64,000 nucleotides of DNA from Flavobacteriales bacterium (lineage in GTDB: Bacteria > Bacteroidota > Bacteroidia > CAIKAF01), in NCBI GenBank assembly GCA_025055575.1, contig JANWWP010000034.1, positions 273-64,272 on the forward strand, given 5' to 3'. Below are positions 40,415 through 50,173 of the stretch, piece after piece. Both the position numbers and the translations under genes were made by a program. The notes below the pieces were generated by a model. It made no database searches. It had not been told where the DNA came from and saw nothing but the letters and a program-made list of their open reading frames with translations. Every line of letters begins with the position of its first letter. Position 1 is the stretch's first letter.

Positions 40415-41452
40415 ATGATGCCCTCCAAAACTTCAGCCTTGAATGCGCTCATGCAAAAGCGTATTTTGGTGTTGGACGGGGCTATGGGTACCATGATACA
40501 GCGCTACGCCCTGAGCGAAGAGGCTTACAGGGGCCACCTTTTCGCCTCATGGCCTCGACCGTTGAAAGGGAATAACGATCTTTTGTCCCTCACGCAGCCG
40601 CACATCATCCGGGATATACACTGTGCCTATCTAGAAGCCGGGGCCGATATTATTGAAACCAACACCTTCAATGCCAATCGGATTTCCATGGCGGATTATG
40701 GCATGGAAGCCCAAGTGCCTGACCTAAACCAGGCTTCTGCACGGCTGGCCCGTGAAGCCGTGGATATGTTTTCCCGCAGCCAGCCGGATCGGCCTCGTTT
40801 TGTGGCGGGCGCTATTGGGCCCACCAACAAAACCGCCTCGCTCTCTCCGGATGTCAACGATCCCGGATACCGCGCGGTCACATTCGAGGAACTGGAAGCC
40901 GCCTATTACGAACAGGCTTGCGCCCTGGCTGAGGGAGGCGTGGATATTTTGCTGGTGGAAACCATCTTTGATACCCTCAATGCCAAAGCGGCTCTATTCG
41001 CCATAGCCCGCCTTCAGGACCAATTGCCTGAGCCCTTGCCTGTGATGGTTTCAGCTACCATCACAGACGCCTCCGGCCGCACGCTGTCCGGTCAAACCAT
41101 TGAAGCGTTTTATATCTCTGTGAGCCATTTCCCCATGCTGAGCGTGGGTATCAATTGTGCGCTGGGTGCCGCCGAAATGAAGCCCTATATTCATGCCCTA
41201 TCCCGCGTAGCTACCTGTGCTGTGAGCGCCTATCCCAACGCCGGACTGCCCAATGCTTTTGGTGGTTATGATCAGACTCCCCAAGCCATGGCCGAACAAG
41301 TGGAAGCTTTTCTTAGGGATGGGGATGTCAACATTATTGGAGGCTGCTGCGGCACCACGCCGGAGCATATTCGGCGGTTGGCAGATTTGGCTTCGAAATA
41401 TGCCCCCCGAAAAATTCCTTCGCTTTCCGATGCTCTTCTTCCCACGGCCTGA
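40415..41452 (+). CDS. homocysteine S-methyltransferase domain protein (standalone MetH N-terminal Hcy-binding module / BHMT-like)
   Basis: 'ILVLDGAMGTMIQ' opens the Pfam S-methyl_trans barrel. 'GINCALG' and 'GGCCGTTPEHI' supply the zinc-ligand cysteines. The gene stops at 345 aa, with no pterin-binding, cobalamin-binding or AdoMet domain downstream. Confidence 0.75.
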   Translation: MMPSKTSALNALMQKRILVLDGAMGTMIQRYALSEEAYRGHLFASWPRPLKGNNDLLSLTQPHIIRDIHCAYLEAGADIIETNTFNANRISMADYGMEAQVPDLNQASARLAREAVDMFSRSQPDRPRFVAGAIGPTNKTASLSPDVNDPGYRAVTFEELEAAYYEQACALAEGGVDILLVETIFDTLNAKAALFAIARLQDQLPEPLPVMVSATITDASGRTLSGQTIEAFYISVSHFPMLSVGINCALGAAEMKPYIHALSRVATCAVSAYPNAGLPNAFGGYDQTPQAMAEQVEAFLRDGDVNIIGGCCGTTPEHIRRLADLASKYAPRKIPSLSDALLPTA

Positions 41453-41464
41453 AAAATATTTCCT

Positions 41465-41986
41465 ATGATTCCACGTCCTTTCAATCTTTCAAACTGGATT
41501 AAAGAACACAGGCACCTTCTAAAACCCCCTGTGGGCAATAAGCGGCTCTGGACGGATTCCGAATTCATTGTGATGGTGGTGGGCGGGCCCAACTCCCGAA
41601 AAGATTTTCATTACAATGAAGGTGAAGAATTTTTTTACCAACTCGAAGGGGATATTGTGGTTAAAATTCAGGAAGAAGGGCGCTGCGTGGAAGTTCCCAT
41701 TAAAGAAGGAGAAGTTTTCCTTCTGCCTCCTAAAGTGCCCCATAATCCCTGCCGGCCGGCCCACACTGTGGGACTTGTGGTGGAGCGGCGTCGTCATCCC
41801 GGGGAAAAAGATGGCCTGCTGTGGTTTTGCGAACAATGCAACCACAAATTGTATGAAGAGTATTTCCCTTTACACAATATTGAAACGGATTTTGGCCGCG
41901 TTTTTGAAAAGTTTTACGGTTCTTTTACCCTTCGGACTTGTTCACAGTGCGGAGCGATAATGGATCCGCCGCCCCGGCCGCTATGA
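41465..41986 (+). CDS. 3-hydroxyanthranilate 3,4-dioxygenase (cupin + rubredoxin-like C-terminus)
   Basis: The cupin core '[21 protein letters not shown]...[18 protein letters not shown]' has iron His/Glu ligands. The C-terminus has 'CEQCNH...CSQCG' at about 173 aa, as expected for HAAO. Confidence 0.75.
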   Translation: MIPRPFNLSNWIKEHRHLLKPPVGNKRLWTDSEFIVMVVGGPNSRKDFHYNEGEEFFYQLEGDIVVKIQEEGRCVEVPIKEGEVFLLPPKVPHNPCRPAHTVGLVVERRRHPGEKDGLLWFCEQCNHKLYEEYFPLHNIETDFGRVFEKFYGSFTLRTCSQCGAIMDPPPRPL

Positions 41987-42636
41987 CAAATTGCCTGGCC
42001 CGCTGGATGCCGGCGGCCCGATGGATCTCAGTGGTGCTGAGCCCGCTGACGTTGCCTATTCTAGGGACGCTGACCGTCCTTTTTTGGGGACAATCGGCGG
42101 AGGTGGTTCTGGCCCGTAGGGTGTATGCAGGGATACTTCTCCTCACCGTGGCCGTATTTACTCTGATGTTTCCATTTCTCACCTTGTTGGCTGCCCGATG
42201 GCTGGGTCTGGTGGGCTCTTTTGACTTGAGCCGCCCTTCCGAAAGACCCCTGATGTATCTGGCCGGCATGATCTACATGGCCTTTTCAGTCCGCTATTTA
42301 ATTCAGTTGCCTTTGCTGGCCCCGGTATTCCCAGCCTCGGGTCTGGGCGGGGTGTGTGTGCTGGCGGTGTGTATGATGATAAATTTTGGATTTAAAATCA
42401 GCGTACACGGCGCCTCGGCCGGGGCGCTGGTAGCGTTGTTTTTGTTTGCCGGACATGTGACGGCCACGGACTTTACCATTCCTCTGTCCATAGCCAGCCT
42501 GGCGGGGGGGCTTATTGGATTCTCCCGATTGCTTTTAGGAGCCCACCGGCCTTATCAATATTATCTGGGCTGGATTTGTGGCCTTGCAGCCCAGTGGATC
42601 GGTATGATTGTTTATTATAAAACCGCGGTTTTGTAA
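41983..42636 (+). CDS. polytopic membrane protein, possibly PAP2-superfamily-like
   Basis: There are 6 TM helices. The segments '[11 protein letters not shown]' and 'LLGAHRPYQ' weakly resemble PAP2 motifs II and III. The start ATG overlaps the HAAO stop (ATGA). Confidence 0.35.
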   Translation: MTNCLARWMPAARWISVVLSPLTLPILGTLTVLFWGQSAEVVLARRVYAGILLLTVAVFTLMFPFLTLLAARWLGLVGSFDLSRPSERPLMYLAGMIYMAFSVRYLIQLPLLAPVFPASGLGGVCVLAVCMMINFGFKISVHGASAGALVALFLFAGHVTATDFTIPLSIASLAGGLIGFSRLLLGAHRPYQYYLGWICGLAAQWIGMIVYYKTAVL

Positions 42637-42653
42637 TTCTTTCCCTTTCTGAT

Positions 42654-43394
42654 TCAGAAAGGCGTGAGGCTGAAACCAATAGAAATCGGATGCCAGCCTT
42701 GTGGGCCCCGGCCGGATTTAAACAATGGGTTAGCCTGATACCGGGCCGTGATGTTGAAACGGCTCCATCCCACACGCAAGTAGGGTGTCAAACGTAAATT
42801 ATCAATTCCTGCCACGTTGTATTCCTTCACTTTAGCTTTGGAAGTAAATTGACCATACTGCTCTCCTTCGCCCACGCGTTTGGTTTTGCTTTGTACAAGA
42901 TAGCCTACGGCAAACCCAAGGTTGATTTTCACCGTGTTCCGGCGTTCAGGCTTGAAGCGGATGCGGAATTCCAAAGGCACTTCCAGTGTGGTGGTAGAGA
43001 ATTTGTATCGGCGCATGGCAGCAGCAGGGGCCACAAAATCTGACCCCTCACCATTGGCCGTCCGCACAATTTCCCGGTTTAAGAAGAAATTCTCATTGGA
43101 AACGCCGGCGCCGATGGCAAAACTCAAGGGTGTTTTACGAACGGGCGCATCGTAGAAAAGAGCAAAAGTGATCCCGTAGGAATACCATTTGGGAGAGACA
43201 CCTGCGCCCTGTTGTCGAAGTATCTGGCTGCCATGCAAGTCCAAAAGAATTTGATCCTGCATCCGGGGTGTGGAAGATATTTTATTTTTCTTTTTCTCAG
43301 GCACCGGGGTGTTGCCTTCTTCCTGGCCATGAAGAAGTTGTTGAGAAAAAAATGGCAACAAGGACAAACAGGTTAAAGAGACAAGCGTTCGCAT
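42654..43394 (-). CDS. outer-membrane beta-barrel protein (OmpW/PorT-like)
   Basis: There is a signal peptide (MRTLVSLTCLSLLPFFSQQ). The sequence has alternating hydrophobic beta-strand periodicity and a C-terminal aromatic residue (…SLTPF). Confidence 0.5.
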   Translation of the reverse strand: MRTLVSLTCLSLLPFFSQQLLHGQEEGNTPVPEKKKNKISSTPRMQDQILLDLHGSQILRQQGAGVSPKWYSYGITFALFYDAPVRKTPLSFAIGAGVSNENFFLNREIVRTANGEGSDFVAPAAAMRRYKFSTTTLEVPLEFRIRFKPERRNTVKINLGFAVGYLVQSKTKRVGEGEQYGQFTSKAKVKEYNVAGIDNLRLTPYLRVGWSRFNITARYQANPLFKSGRGPQGWHPISIGFSLTPF

Positions 43395-43430
43395 GAAAAA
43401 AATCGCCACAAACCTAATGATTATTTTTGG

Positions 43431-43841
43431 GTGATGGCACAAGACAGACCTTCGAGGGTTTTATTTCTTTTGGCCTTTTCAGGCGCGCTTTTGGGGAGTT
43501 GTAATCAGGTGATCGAGGTGCATTTTGAAATTGAAAATCCCCAGCCTGTTTCCTTGCAGGTGATGTATTACTCCCAGAAATCCTACGATAGTGTAGGTTA
43601 TGTTCTCAAGCCCGGGGAGGTCTGGCCACTGGACGGCCGCCGCGTGCCCCTCCCCCGGAAACTTCAAGCCGCACCATCTTTTGAGAGGGACAAGCGTTTC
43701 ACATTTGGCCGGATATGGAACGATTCACTCAAGCTGAAAAAAAATATCAATAATGAAAATTTCTGGACTCTGTCCAACCCGGCTCCGGACAGATATGTTT
43801 ACCGTCTTAGATTAGATACTGCCGTCTTAGGAATTTGGTGA
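43431..43841 (+). CDS. hypothetical lipoprotein (136 aa)
   Basis: The lipobox 'LLGSC' follows a hydrophobic leader. The gene is divergent from the OMP gene at 43394, with about 35 bp between their starts. Confidence 0.4.
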   Translation: MMAQDRPSRVLFLLAFSGALLGSCNQVIEVHFEIENPQPVSLQVMYYSQKSYDSVGYVLKPGEVWPLDGRRVPLPRKLQAAPSFERDKRFTFGRIWNDSLKLKKNINNENFWTLSNPAPDRYVYRLRLDTAVLGIW

Positions 43842-43852
43842 TGGATTCCTGC

Positions 43853-44317
43853 TCACAAGCTCTTGCTAAAATGAAACACGCGCTCCTGGGCATGATTTGT
43901 ACCACTAGGAGATGGCAGCGTTTCGGTATGCCGTATGAGGATCATTCTGTCGTTCTTTATTTCTTTTATGTAGTATACAAAACCGCTCGGCTGAAAATAT
44001 AACCTTAAACCCTCTCTGGAGAGTTTAAATGTGCCGGCCGGGGCATTGAAAACGTCCGAGGAGTATTCAAAAGCATCTTTAGAGTCCTGGGAAAGAGATA
44101 CCCTAAAGAGACCAAGGTTTTCCGTAGAATCCACAAGAAGAGTGGTATTGCCCACGCTGTCTATCTGCCACAGTTCAAAGCGCGTGTAGCGCCAGGTGCC
44201 TTCCAGTCGGTTACGGGCTTTTTGAAATTTGCTGCAGGCCACCCCCAGAATAACCAGTGCGGAGCCTATCCACAAGAAATTATGACATCGCATGAGGGTT
44301 TTTAATTTTCGCATCAT
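43853..44317 (-). CDS. hypothetical lipoprotein (154 aa), possibly lipocalin-like
   Basis: The lipobox 'LGVAC' is present. The short beta-rich sequence resembles the lipocalin-like DUF found in Bacteroidota. Confidence 0.4.
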   Translation of the reverse strand: MMRKLKTLMRCHNFLWIGSALVILGVACSKFQKARNRLEGTWRYTRFELWQIDSVGNTTLLVDSTENLGLFRVSLSQDSKDAFEYSSDVFNAPAGTFKLSREGLRLYFQPSGFVYYIKEIKNDRMILIRHTETLPSPSGTNHAQERVFHFSKSL

Positions 44318-45108
44318 TTGGATACTATGGTAATGAGCAGGCCAAAACGAATGGTCCAGCCTTTCAAGGCATTTTGACGGATGGTTTCCCCAAATCCCGA
44401 GGGAAATGTTTTATAGGGTTCCAAGCCGTCGTTGCCCTGTATGAGTTTATCCCTCAGAAGAACGTTATTGCTGAACACAGGTAAATTGTATTCAAAACTT
44501 ACGGGCAAACGCAAAGTGCGTCGCATCACCAAGCCTGTTCGAAGGCCGAACGGCACAGTCCATAAATTGGGCGAGGAGTACACCCCATTCACCGGATTGT
44601 CCAGAGACATGCCGGCGTTGCCGGTGGGATAGTGGTTTTCAGCAAAAAGCCGGGCTTGTGTCAGCTGAACGCCCGTATAGGCAGAAAAAAAAATGAAACG
44701 AAGGTCAGCCCCAAACTCAAAGTAGAATTTATGGGTATTTGAACGAAAGCGCAGGTTTTGAATAATTTTATTGTGAAAGGTGGCGCTGTTTTTCCATCCG
44801 GCATTATTGTATTCGTAGGTGGCAAAAACAAAACCTCCCGTCCTTTCCCCAAAAGCCAGAATACCGTAATTAAAAATAAAACCCACGCCGTGATAGGAAG
44901 AGGTGCTTAGCATTTTAAAGCCGGATGCGGGAGAAAAAACGGTATTGAAGGAGCTGAAGAAACTGTTAAATCGCTGAGAATTTAGATTCTGAAAACCATA
45001 ATTGAGGCCCAAGGACACCGCATTTTTCTGGGCTGAACAATTCAAGATTTGACAAACGCAAAGGGGAAAAACTACCGCGCGGCCAAGACACATCAACTTA
45101 GAAAACAC
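44314..45108 (-). CDS. hypothetical outer-membrane beta-barrel protein (264 aa)
   Basis: There is a signal peptide ending '…CSAQ'. The sequence is Gly/aromatic-rich with amphipathic beta-strand periodicity and a C-terminal '…ITIVSK'. Its stop is ATGA-coupled to the downstream lipoprotein gene. Confidence 0.4.
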   Translation of the reverse strand: MFSKLMCLGRAVVFPLCVCQILNCSAQKNAVSLGLNYGFQNLNSQRFNSFFSSFNTVFSPASGFKMLSTSSYHGVGFIFNYGILAFGERTGGFVFATYEYNNAGWKNSATFHNKIIQNLRFRSNTHKFYFEFGADLRFIFFSAYTGVQLTQARLFAENHYPTGNAGMSLDNPVNGVYSSPNLWTVPFGLRTGLVMRRTLRLPVSFEYNLPVFSNNVLLRDKLIQGNDGLEPYKTFPSGFGETIRQNALKGWTIRFGLLITIVSK

Positions 45109-45188
45109 CGAATAGGATTTTTACAAAAATAACTGAAAATTCAAAGTTCTCAATTTAATAAAAATTATGGATATTCGGCGCACCTGTC

Positions 45189-46850
45189 ATGCGGTTGTTG
45201 GACTGGGTGATACTGTGGTTGTCACAATTGCTCATCGTAGGCTACGGCCTGTATGCCACACGGGGCACCCGCACCACTTTGGCTTTCCTGAAAGCCGGAA
45301 AGTCGCAGGGATGGTGGGCTGTCGGCTTATCGGTGATGGCCACGCAGGCCAGTGCGATAACTTTTTTATCCGGTCCTGGGCAGGCCTTTGCCGAAGGTAT
45401 GGGATTCCTACAGATGTATTTTGGTTTACCCCTGGCCATGATGGTCATCATTGGGCTTTTTATCCCGGCGTATGAGAAATGGAACATTACCACCGCCTAT
45501 GAATTTCTGGAAGCCCGTTTGGGACCAGGTGTGCGGTGGCTCACCGCCGGCCTCTTCCTAACGCAAAGAGGCCTGGCCGCCGGCTTCACCATTTTTGCCC
45601 CGGCTTTGGTGCTCTCGGTGCTGCTGCAATGGGACATCCGGACCACCGTGGCGTTGTGTGGCAGCGCTGTGGTGCTCTACACGGTGACGGGGGGTTCCCG
45701 GGCTGTGGCCGAAACTCAGAAATTTCAGATGGCCGTGATGATGACCGGGCTGTTCTTTGCGCTGTTTTTGCTCCTTCAACAGGCGTTTCCTGAGAATTCA
45801 GACTGGGTTCAAAGGGGCCGTATCACCGCTTTCACAGGCCGTTTAAAAGCCGTAGACCCGACCTTGAACTTTTCTGAAAAATACACACTTTGGTCAGGCT
45901 TGATTGGCGGTTTTTTTCTGGCTTTGTCTTACTTTGGAACAGACCAAAGCCAGGTGGCCCGTTATATCGGCAGCCGAAATGCCGGGGAAGCCCGCAAAGG
46001 GCTGATCATGAACGCGATATTAAAAATTCCCATGCAGGCCGTGGTGTTGCTGTGCGGCGTCTTATTATATGTCTACTATCTGGGGCACCCCCGCCCCTTA
46101 AACTTCAATTCCCGCATTGAGAAGGAAATTTGGAATTCAAAAAATAGCAACTTAAATCATTTTGTAACCCATTATCAAAGAGTTTCAGACTCCTTACGTT
46201 GGGCATATTGGGAGGTTTTAGGAAAGCCGGAGTCCCTTCCGTTAGTTGTCCGTGCCCGGGATAGTTTGGAAAAAGCCCTTCAGTCGGCTGCAACTTCTGC
46301 GCTCCAAGGCGAGGATGTGCGGGATACCAATTATATTTTTCTTCGCTTTGCCGTGGATCATTTCCCGCCCGGGGTGCTGGGACTGATTGTATCTATGCTG
46401 ATCAGCGCTGCGATGTCCTCGGCTTCTTCAGAGCTCAACGCTTTGGCAGGGGTCACATCAGTCGATTTTATTCAACGCATGTCCCGAGAGCCCTTCTCAG
46501 AAAAAAAACTGCTTAGGCTCAGCCGTATCAGCACAGTCTTCTGGGGCCTTTATGCCGTGGCATTTGCCATGCTGGCCGGCCGATTGGGTACACTCATCGA
46601 GGCGGTCAATATGTTGGGAAGTCTTGTGTATGGCGTAATCCTTGGCATTTTTCTGACTGCGCTTTCACCCGTCAGAGTGCGCGGTCGTGATGTCATCCTG
46701 GCCGCTTTGGTGGCCGAAAGTATTATATTGTTTTTGTTTTTCACCGATAAGCTGCCTTTTTTGTGGCTCAATCCATTAGGCACTTTGGTGGTGGTGTCCG
46801 TATCCCTGACCCTGGCCAGGATCTTCAAAATTCAAAAATCGGCATCATGA
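45189..46850 (+). CDS. sodium:solute symporter (SSS/SLC5) family transporter
   Basis: There are about 13 TM helices. 'GLSVMATQASAITFLSGPG' lies in the TM2-3 region, and 'GGFFLALSYFGTDQSQVARY' is the SSS signature region. Confidence 0.8.
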   Translation: MRLLDWVILWLSQLLIVGYGLYATRGTRTTLAFLKAGKSQGWWAVGLSVMATQASAITFLSGPGQAFAEGMGFLQMYFGLPLAMMVIIGLFIPAYEKWNITTAYEFLEARLGPGVRWLTAGLFLTQRGLAAGFTIFAPALVLSVLLQWDIRTTVALCGSAVVLYTVTGGSRAVAETQKFQMAVMMTGLFFALFLLLQQAFPENSDWVQRGRITAFTGRLKAVDPTLNFSEKYTLWSGLIGGFFLALSYFGTDQSQVARYIGSRNAGEARKGLIMNAILKIPMQAVVLLCGVLLYVYYLGHPRPLNFNSRIEKEIWNSKNSNLNHFVTHYQRVSDSLRWAYWEVLGKPESLPLVVRARDSLEKALQSAATSALQGEDVRDTNYIFLRFAVDHFPPGVLGLIVSMLISAAMSSASSELNALAGVTSVDFIQRMSREPFSEKKLLRLSRISTVFWGLYAVAFAMLAGRLGTLIEAVNMLGSLVYGVILGIFLTALSPVRVRGRDVILAALVAESIILFLFFTDKLPFLWLNPLGTLVVVSVSLTLARIFKIQKSAS

Positions 46851-48019
46851 AGGCCTTGATAGGTACGCTCCAAATTCTTTTTGTCCGATCCACGCCCTTC
46901 ATTTTCGGTGTTTTAATGAATGGGTTTTCCGTTTTTACAACGCATGGACAACCCGTTAAGACCGGCTTTGAAACATCTCATAAATCCGTGGGGTTGAGAT
47001 ATTCAAGGGGTTTTTTATTTGCCCATTCGGCCTTGATGCACGCCATAGGACGGGGCCCGAATCAGTCTTTGGAACTTTTTATGGAATTCCAAACGGCCGG
47101 CGTCCGACCCTGGGAATTTTACCATCGACTGCCGCCCTGGCGCCTGCTTTTCAATGTGGCAGACTTCAGCGACCCAAGACACATTGGCCAGGTGTATTCG
47201 CTGGGCACGGAAATGTCGTTTCCTTTGGTGCGTCGCCGCTGCTTTTATTTAGGTCTCACAGGCGCGCTCGGACTGGGTTTTGTCACCCGGCCATTCCACC
47301 CCATAAAAAACAATACCAATGCGGCGGTCAGTTCTCCGGTAAATTACCTCCTGCGCCCGGGTTTGGAAGTGGCATTTCCTATCCACCGGCAGGCGCGTAT
47401 ATTGGCCGGACTTTCCTTCACCCACTGGAGTGTGGGGGCGCTCACCATGCCCAATTTGGGCATGAACATTCCCGCTTTCCATGTGGCTGTAACTGGCGGT
47501 TGGGACGTGCGCCCACTGAATTCGGCCCCGCGTCCGCCCTTTGCGCGCCCGCCCTGGCAGGCCGATCTGCTCCTTTGTGGCGGTCTCAAACAGGTGTACC
47601 CTTTGGGCACCGGCTTTTTTCCCACCGCCACCCTGGGCGTTTGGTTTTTCCGGCAATTCACGCCGAAATCCGCTTTCCCGGCCGGTATTGAGTTTTTTTA
47701 TGATGGCTCCATGAAGATGCGCATGTTCCGTGCTTACCATTCTTACGGTTATGACTGGCAAGCCTTGAGGGCGGGTCTCTTCGCCGGTTACGAATGGATG
47801 ATCAACCGGTTCTCCCTGTATTTCCATTTTGGCGGATACTTTTTCTGGCCCGACCGCCTGGATACGCGGTTTTATCAGCGTATCGGGATGCGCTGCAGGG
47901 TGGGCCAAAAATGGCATCTGAACTTCAGTCTAAAGAGCCACTTTTTTGTGGCCGATTTTCTGGAGTTGGGGGGGGGCTACCGTCTGTGGAGCTGGATTAG
48001 GAAAAAAGCCCAAAAGTGA
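46847..48019 (+). CDS. hypothetical exported/outer-membrane protein (acyloxyacyl-hydrolase/PagL-like?)
   Basis: An N-terminal hydrophobic segment is followed by an aromatic-rich beta sequence. The gene is ATGA-coupled to the SSS transporter gene. Function was not recognised. Confidence 0.35.
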   Translation: MKALIGTLQILFVRSTPFIFGVLMNGFSVFTTHGQPVKTGFETSHKSVGLRYSRGFLFAHSALMHAIGRGPNQSLELFMEFQTAGVRPWEFYHRLPPWRLLFNVADFSDPRHIGQVYSLGTEMSFPLVRRRCFYLGLTGALGLGFVTRPFHPIKNNTNAAVSSPVNYLLRPGLEVAFPIHRQARILAGLSFTHWSVGALTMPNLGMNIPAFHVAVTGGWDVRPLNSAPRPPFARPPWQADLLLCGGLKQVYPLGTGFFPTATLGVWFFRQFTPKSAFPAGIEFFYDGSMKMRMFRAYHSYGYDWQALRAGLFAGYEWMINRFSLYFHFGGYFFWPDRLDTRFYQRIGMRCRVGQKWHLNFSLKSHFFVADFLELGGGYRLWSWIRKKAQK

Positions 48020-49056
48020 CACTTGGCTTGAAAAAAATTTATGGATTCATTTTTCTTCTTGCTCAAGGACTGTTTTCCTTGTACCTTCCACTCGCAGCGC
48101 AGGCACGATTAAAGCATCTGGGATTAAATACCAGGTTGCCGGAGCCCAGGGACGGCGATTGGTTTTTGGCGCATGCCACGGATCTGCATGTAGGTCAGGG
48201 GCTGAAGCATCGGGATTACGGAATGCCTGGATTCCTGGACAGCCTGGAAGGCCTCACCGGCGGTGTGGGGACACAGAGGCTCAATGAGCTCATCGAAAAA
48301 CTGAACGCCGTCGTCCGGGAGGGCCGTAAAGTTCTGGTGATTCTTTCCGGCGATTTGACCGACAGCGGGGAGCTTTCGGAGTTTATGGAGGTGCGCCGGA
48401 AGTTGAATGGTCTTTCGGTGCCTTGGGTACCACTCATGGGCAACCATGATACTTGGCCCTACACTTCTTGTGAAGATGAAGCCCCCGCCGCTTTGGGTGA
48501 TATTCTGATGACGAAAGTGTTTGGGGATGTATTTGATACTTTGAAACAATATTTTCAATTTCAAGGGGACCAACGTTTGAAGCCCTGCCCGGATCCTTTG
48601 AGCGGCCAAGTTGCGTATTTGCAGAACTTTTCTTTTTCCCTTCAGGGACGCCGTTTCATCTTCCTGGACTTTAACCCGCGCTACCATGTGCGCCTGAACG
48701 AACCTGGCATCGGGCCCGAAGTGTGTTTGCACGCTCAGGACTGTGGCACCATAGGATTTTTGGAGAAGCAACTGCAAGAAGCCCGGAAAGCCGGAGCAAA
48801 AGTCACACTCATTTCCCATCACCCGCCACAGGTATTTAAAATTTTTGGGAAACATTATGCCTTCAGCCGTTTCCAGAAAAAAATACTGAAATCCCTTTTA
48901 AAAAGGTATCCTGGCGTCGCCGACTCCTGGCTTTGCGGCCATTTTCATCGGTCCTTCCGGTACAAGGTGGCCGGTGTCCGAGTGTTCGAAACCGGCGCCA
49001 ACATCGGCCGGAACGGTGGGCTTGTGCGTTGGTTTATTCTAAACAACAACAACTAG
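48016..49056 (+). CDS. calcineurin-like metallophosphoesterase, secreted
   Basis: There is a signal peptide. The motifs are 'HATDLHVG' (motif I), 'GDLTDSGE' (II), 'GNHD' (III), 'ISHHPP' and 'GHFHR'. The GTG start overlaps the upstream stop. Confidence 0.75.
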   Translation: MTLGLKKIYGFIFLLAQGLFSLYLPLAAQARLKHLGLNTRLPEPRDGDWFLAHATDLHVGQGLKHRDYGMPGFLDSLEGLTGGVGTQRLNELIEKLNAVVREGRKVLVILSGDLTDSGELSEFMEVRRKLNGLSVPWVPLMGNHDTWPYTSCEDEAPAALGDILMTKVFGDVFDTLKQYFQFQGDQRLKPCPDPLSGQVAYLQNFSFSLQGRRFIFLDFNPRYHVRLNEPGIGPEVCLHAQDCGTIGFLEKQLQEARKAGAKVTLISHHPPQVFKIFGKHYAFSRFQKKILKSLLKRYPGVADSWLCGHFHRSFRYKVAGVRVFETGANIGRNGGLVRWFILNNNN

Positions 49057-49135
49057 AGATTTCATTTTTTTTTCCACTGAGTAAGAACCCAGTGGGCCCT
49101 ATTACCTTTGCTCTTCATCTTTTGAAACATAAAAC

Positions 49136-50029
49136 ATGAATGTCACGGTTGTAGGCTCCGGCACAATGGGCAACGGAATAGCCCACGTCTTTGCTCAGTT
49201 TGGTCATGATGTGTGGCTGTTGGATGTTTCGCAGGAAAGACTTCAGACGGCCCTAGCCACAATTGAGAAAAATCTGAAGCGCCAGGCAGAGAAAGGGGTG
49301 CTTCCGGCCGAAGATGTGGGGGCTGTTTTGAGCCGTATCCGCACTTCCACAACTTATGAAAAAACTTTCCTTGAGCCTTCTGAATTGGTGGTGGAGGCGG
49401 CCACTGAAAATCCGGAAGTCAAATTCGAAATATTTCGCCGGTTGGACGAATTGTGTGGTCCACAGTGCATCCTGGCAAGCAACACCTCATCCATCTCCAT
49501 CACACGGATAGCTTCCCAAACCCGCCGGCCGGAAAAGGTGATAGGGATGCACTTTATGAATCCTGTGCCGGTGATGAAGCTGGTGGAAGTGATTCGCGGC
49601 TATTCCACCTCCGATGCTGTGTGTGCACAAGTCATGGAAATTTCAAAGGCCTTAAATAAAGTGCCTGTGGAGGTGCGGGATATGCCCGGCTTTGTGGCCA
49701 ATAAAATCCTCATGCCTATGATCAACGAAGCCATCATCACCCTGCATGAAGGCACAGCCGGAGTGGAAGAAATTGACACGGTGATGAAGCTGGGTATGGC
49801 CCATCCTATGGGGCCTCTCCAACTCGCCGACTTTATTGGGCTAGATGTATGCTTGGCTATTTTGCAAGTGCTCCATGAAGGCTTTGGACATCCCAAATAC
49901 GCTCCATGTCCTTTGCTGGTGAATATGGTAACGGCCGGTAAGCTCGGTGTGAAGGCCGGCGAAGGTTTCTATGTGTACACTCCCGGCTCCAAGGAACTGC
50001 GTGTCGCTCCAACTTTTTCTAAGAAATAA
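49136..50029 (+). CDS. 3-hydroxybutyryl-CoA / 3-hydroxyacyl-CoA dehydrogenase
   Basis: The NAD-binding Rossmann motif 'VTVVGSGTMGNGIAHVFA', 'HFMNPVPVMKLVEVI' and the C-terminal 3HCDH_C domain are present. Confidence 0.85.
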   Translation: MNVTVVGSGTMGNGIAHVFAQFGHDVWLLDVSQERLQTALATIEKNLKRQAEKGVLPAEDVGAVLSRIRTSTTYEKTFLEPSELVVEAATENPEVKFEIFRRLDELCGPQCILASNTSSISITRIASQTRRPEKVIGMHFMNPVPVMKLVEVIRGYSTSDAVCAQVMEISKALNKVPVEVRDMPGFVANKILMPMINEAIITLHEGTAGVEEIDTVMKLGMAHPMGPLQLADFIGLDVCLAILQVLHEGFGHPKYAPCPLLVNMVTAGKLGVKAGEGFYVYTPGSKELRVAPTFSKK

Positions 50030-50173
50030 TGCGCTCGCATGTTTTACAAGTTCCTATCTAATTATACGTTTTTTTAAATGTGTTTGAGAAAAAAAGTATT
50101 TTTTGATTTGATTTTAAAAACAAATACAATTAAAATTATTATTATTGATTCAAAAGTTAAGTAATTTTGTTGC

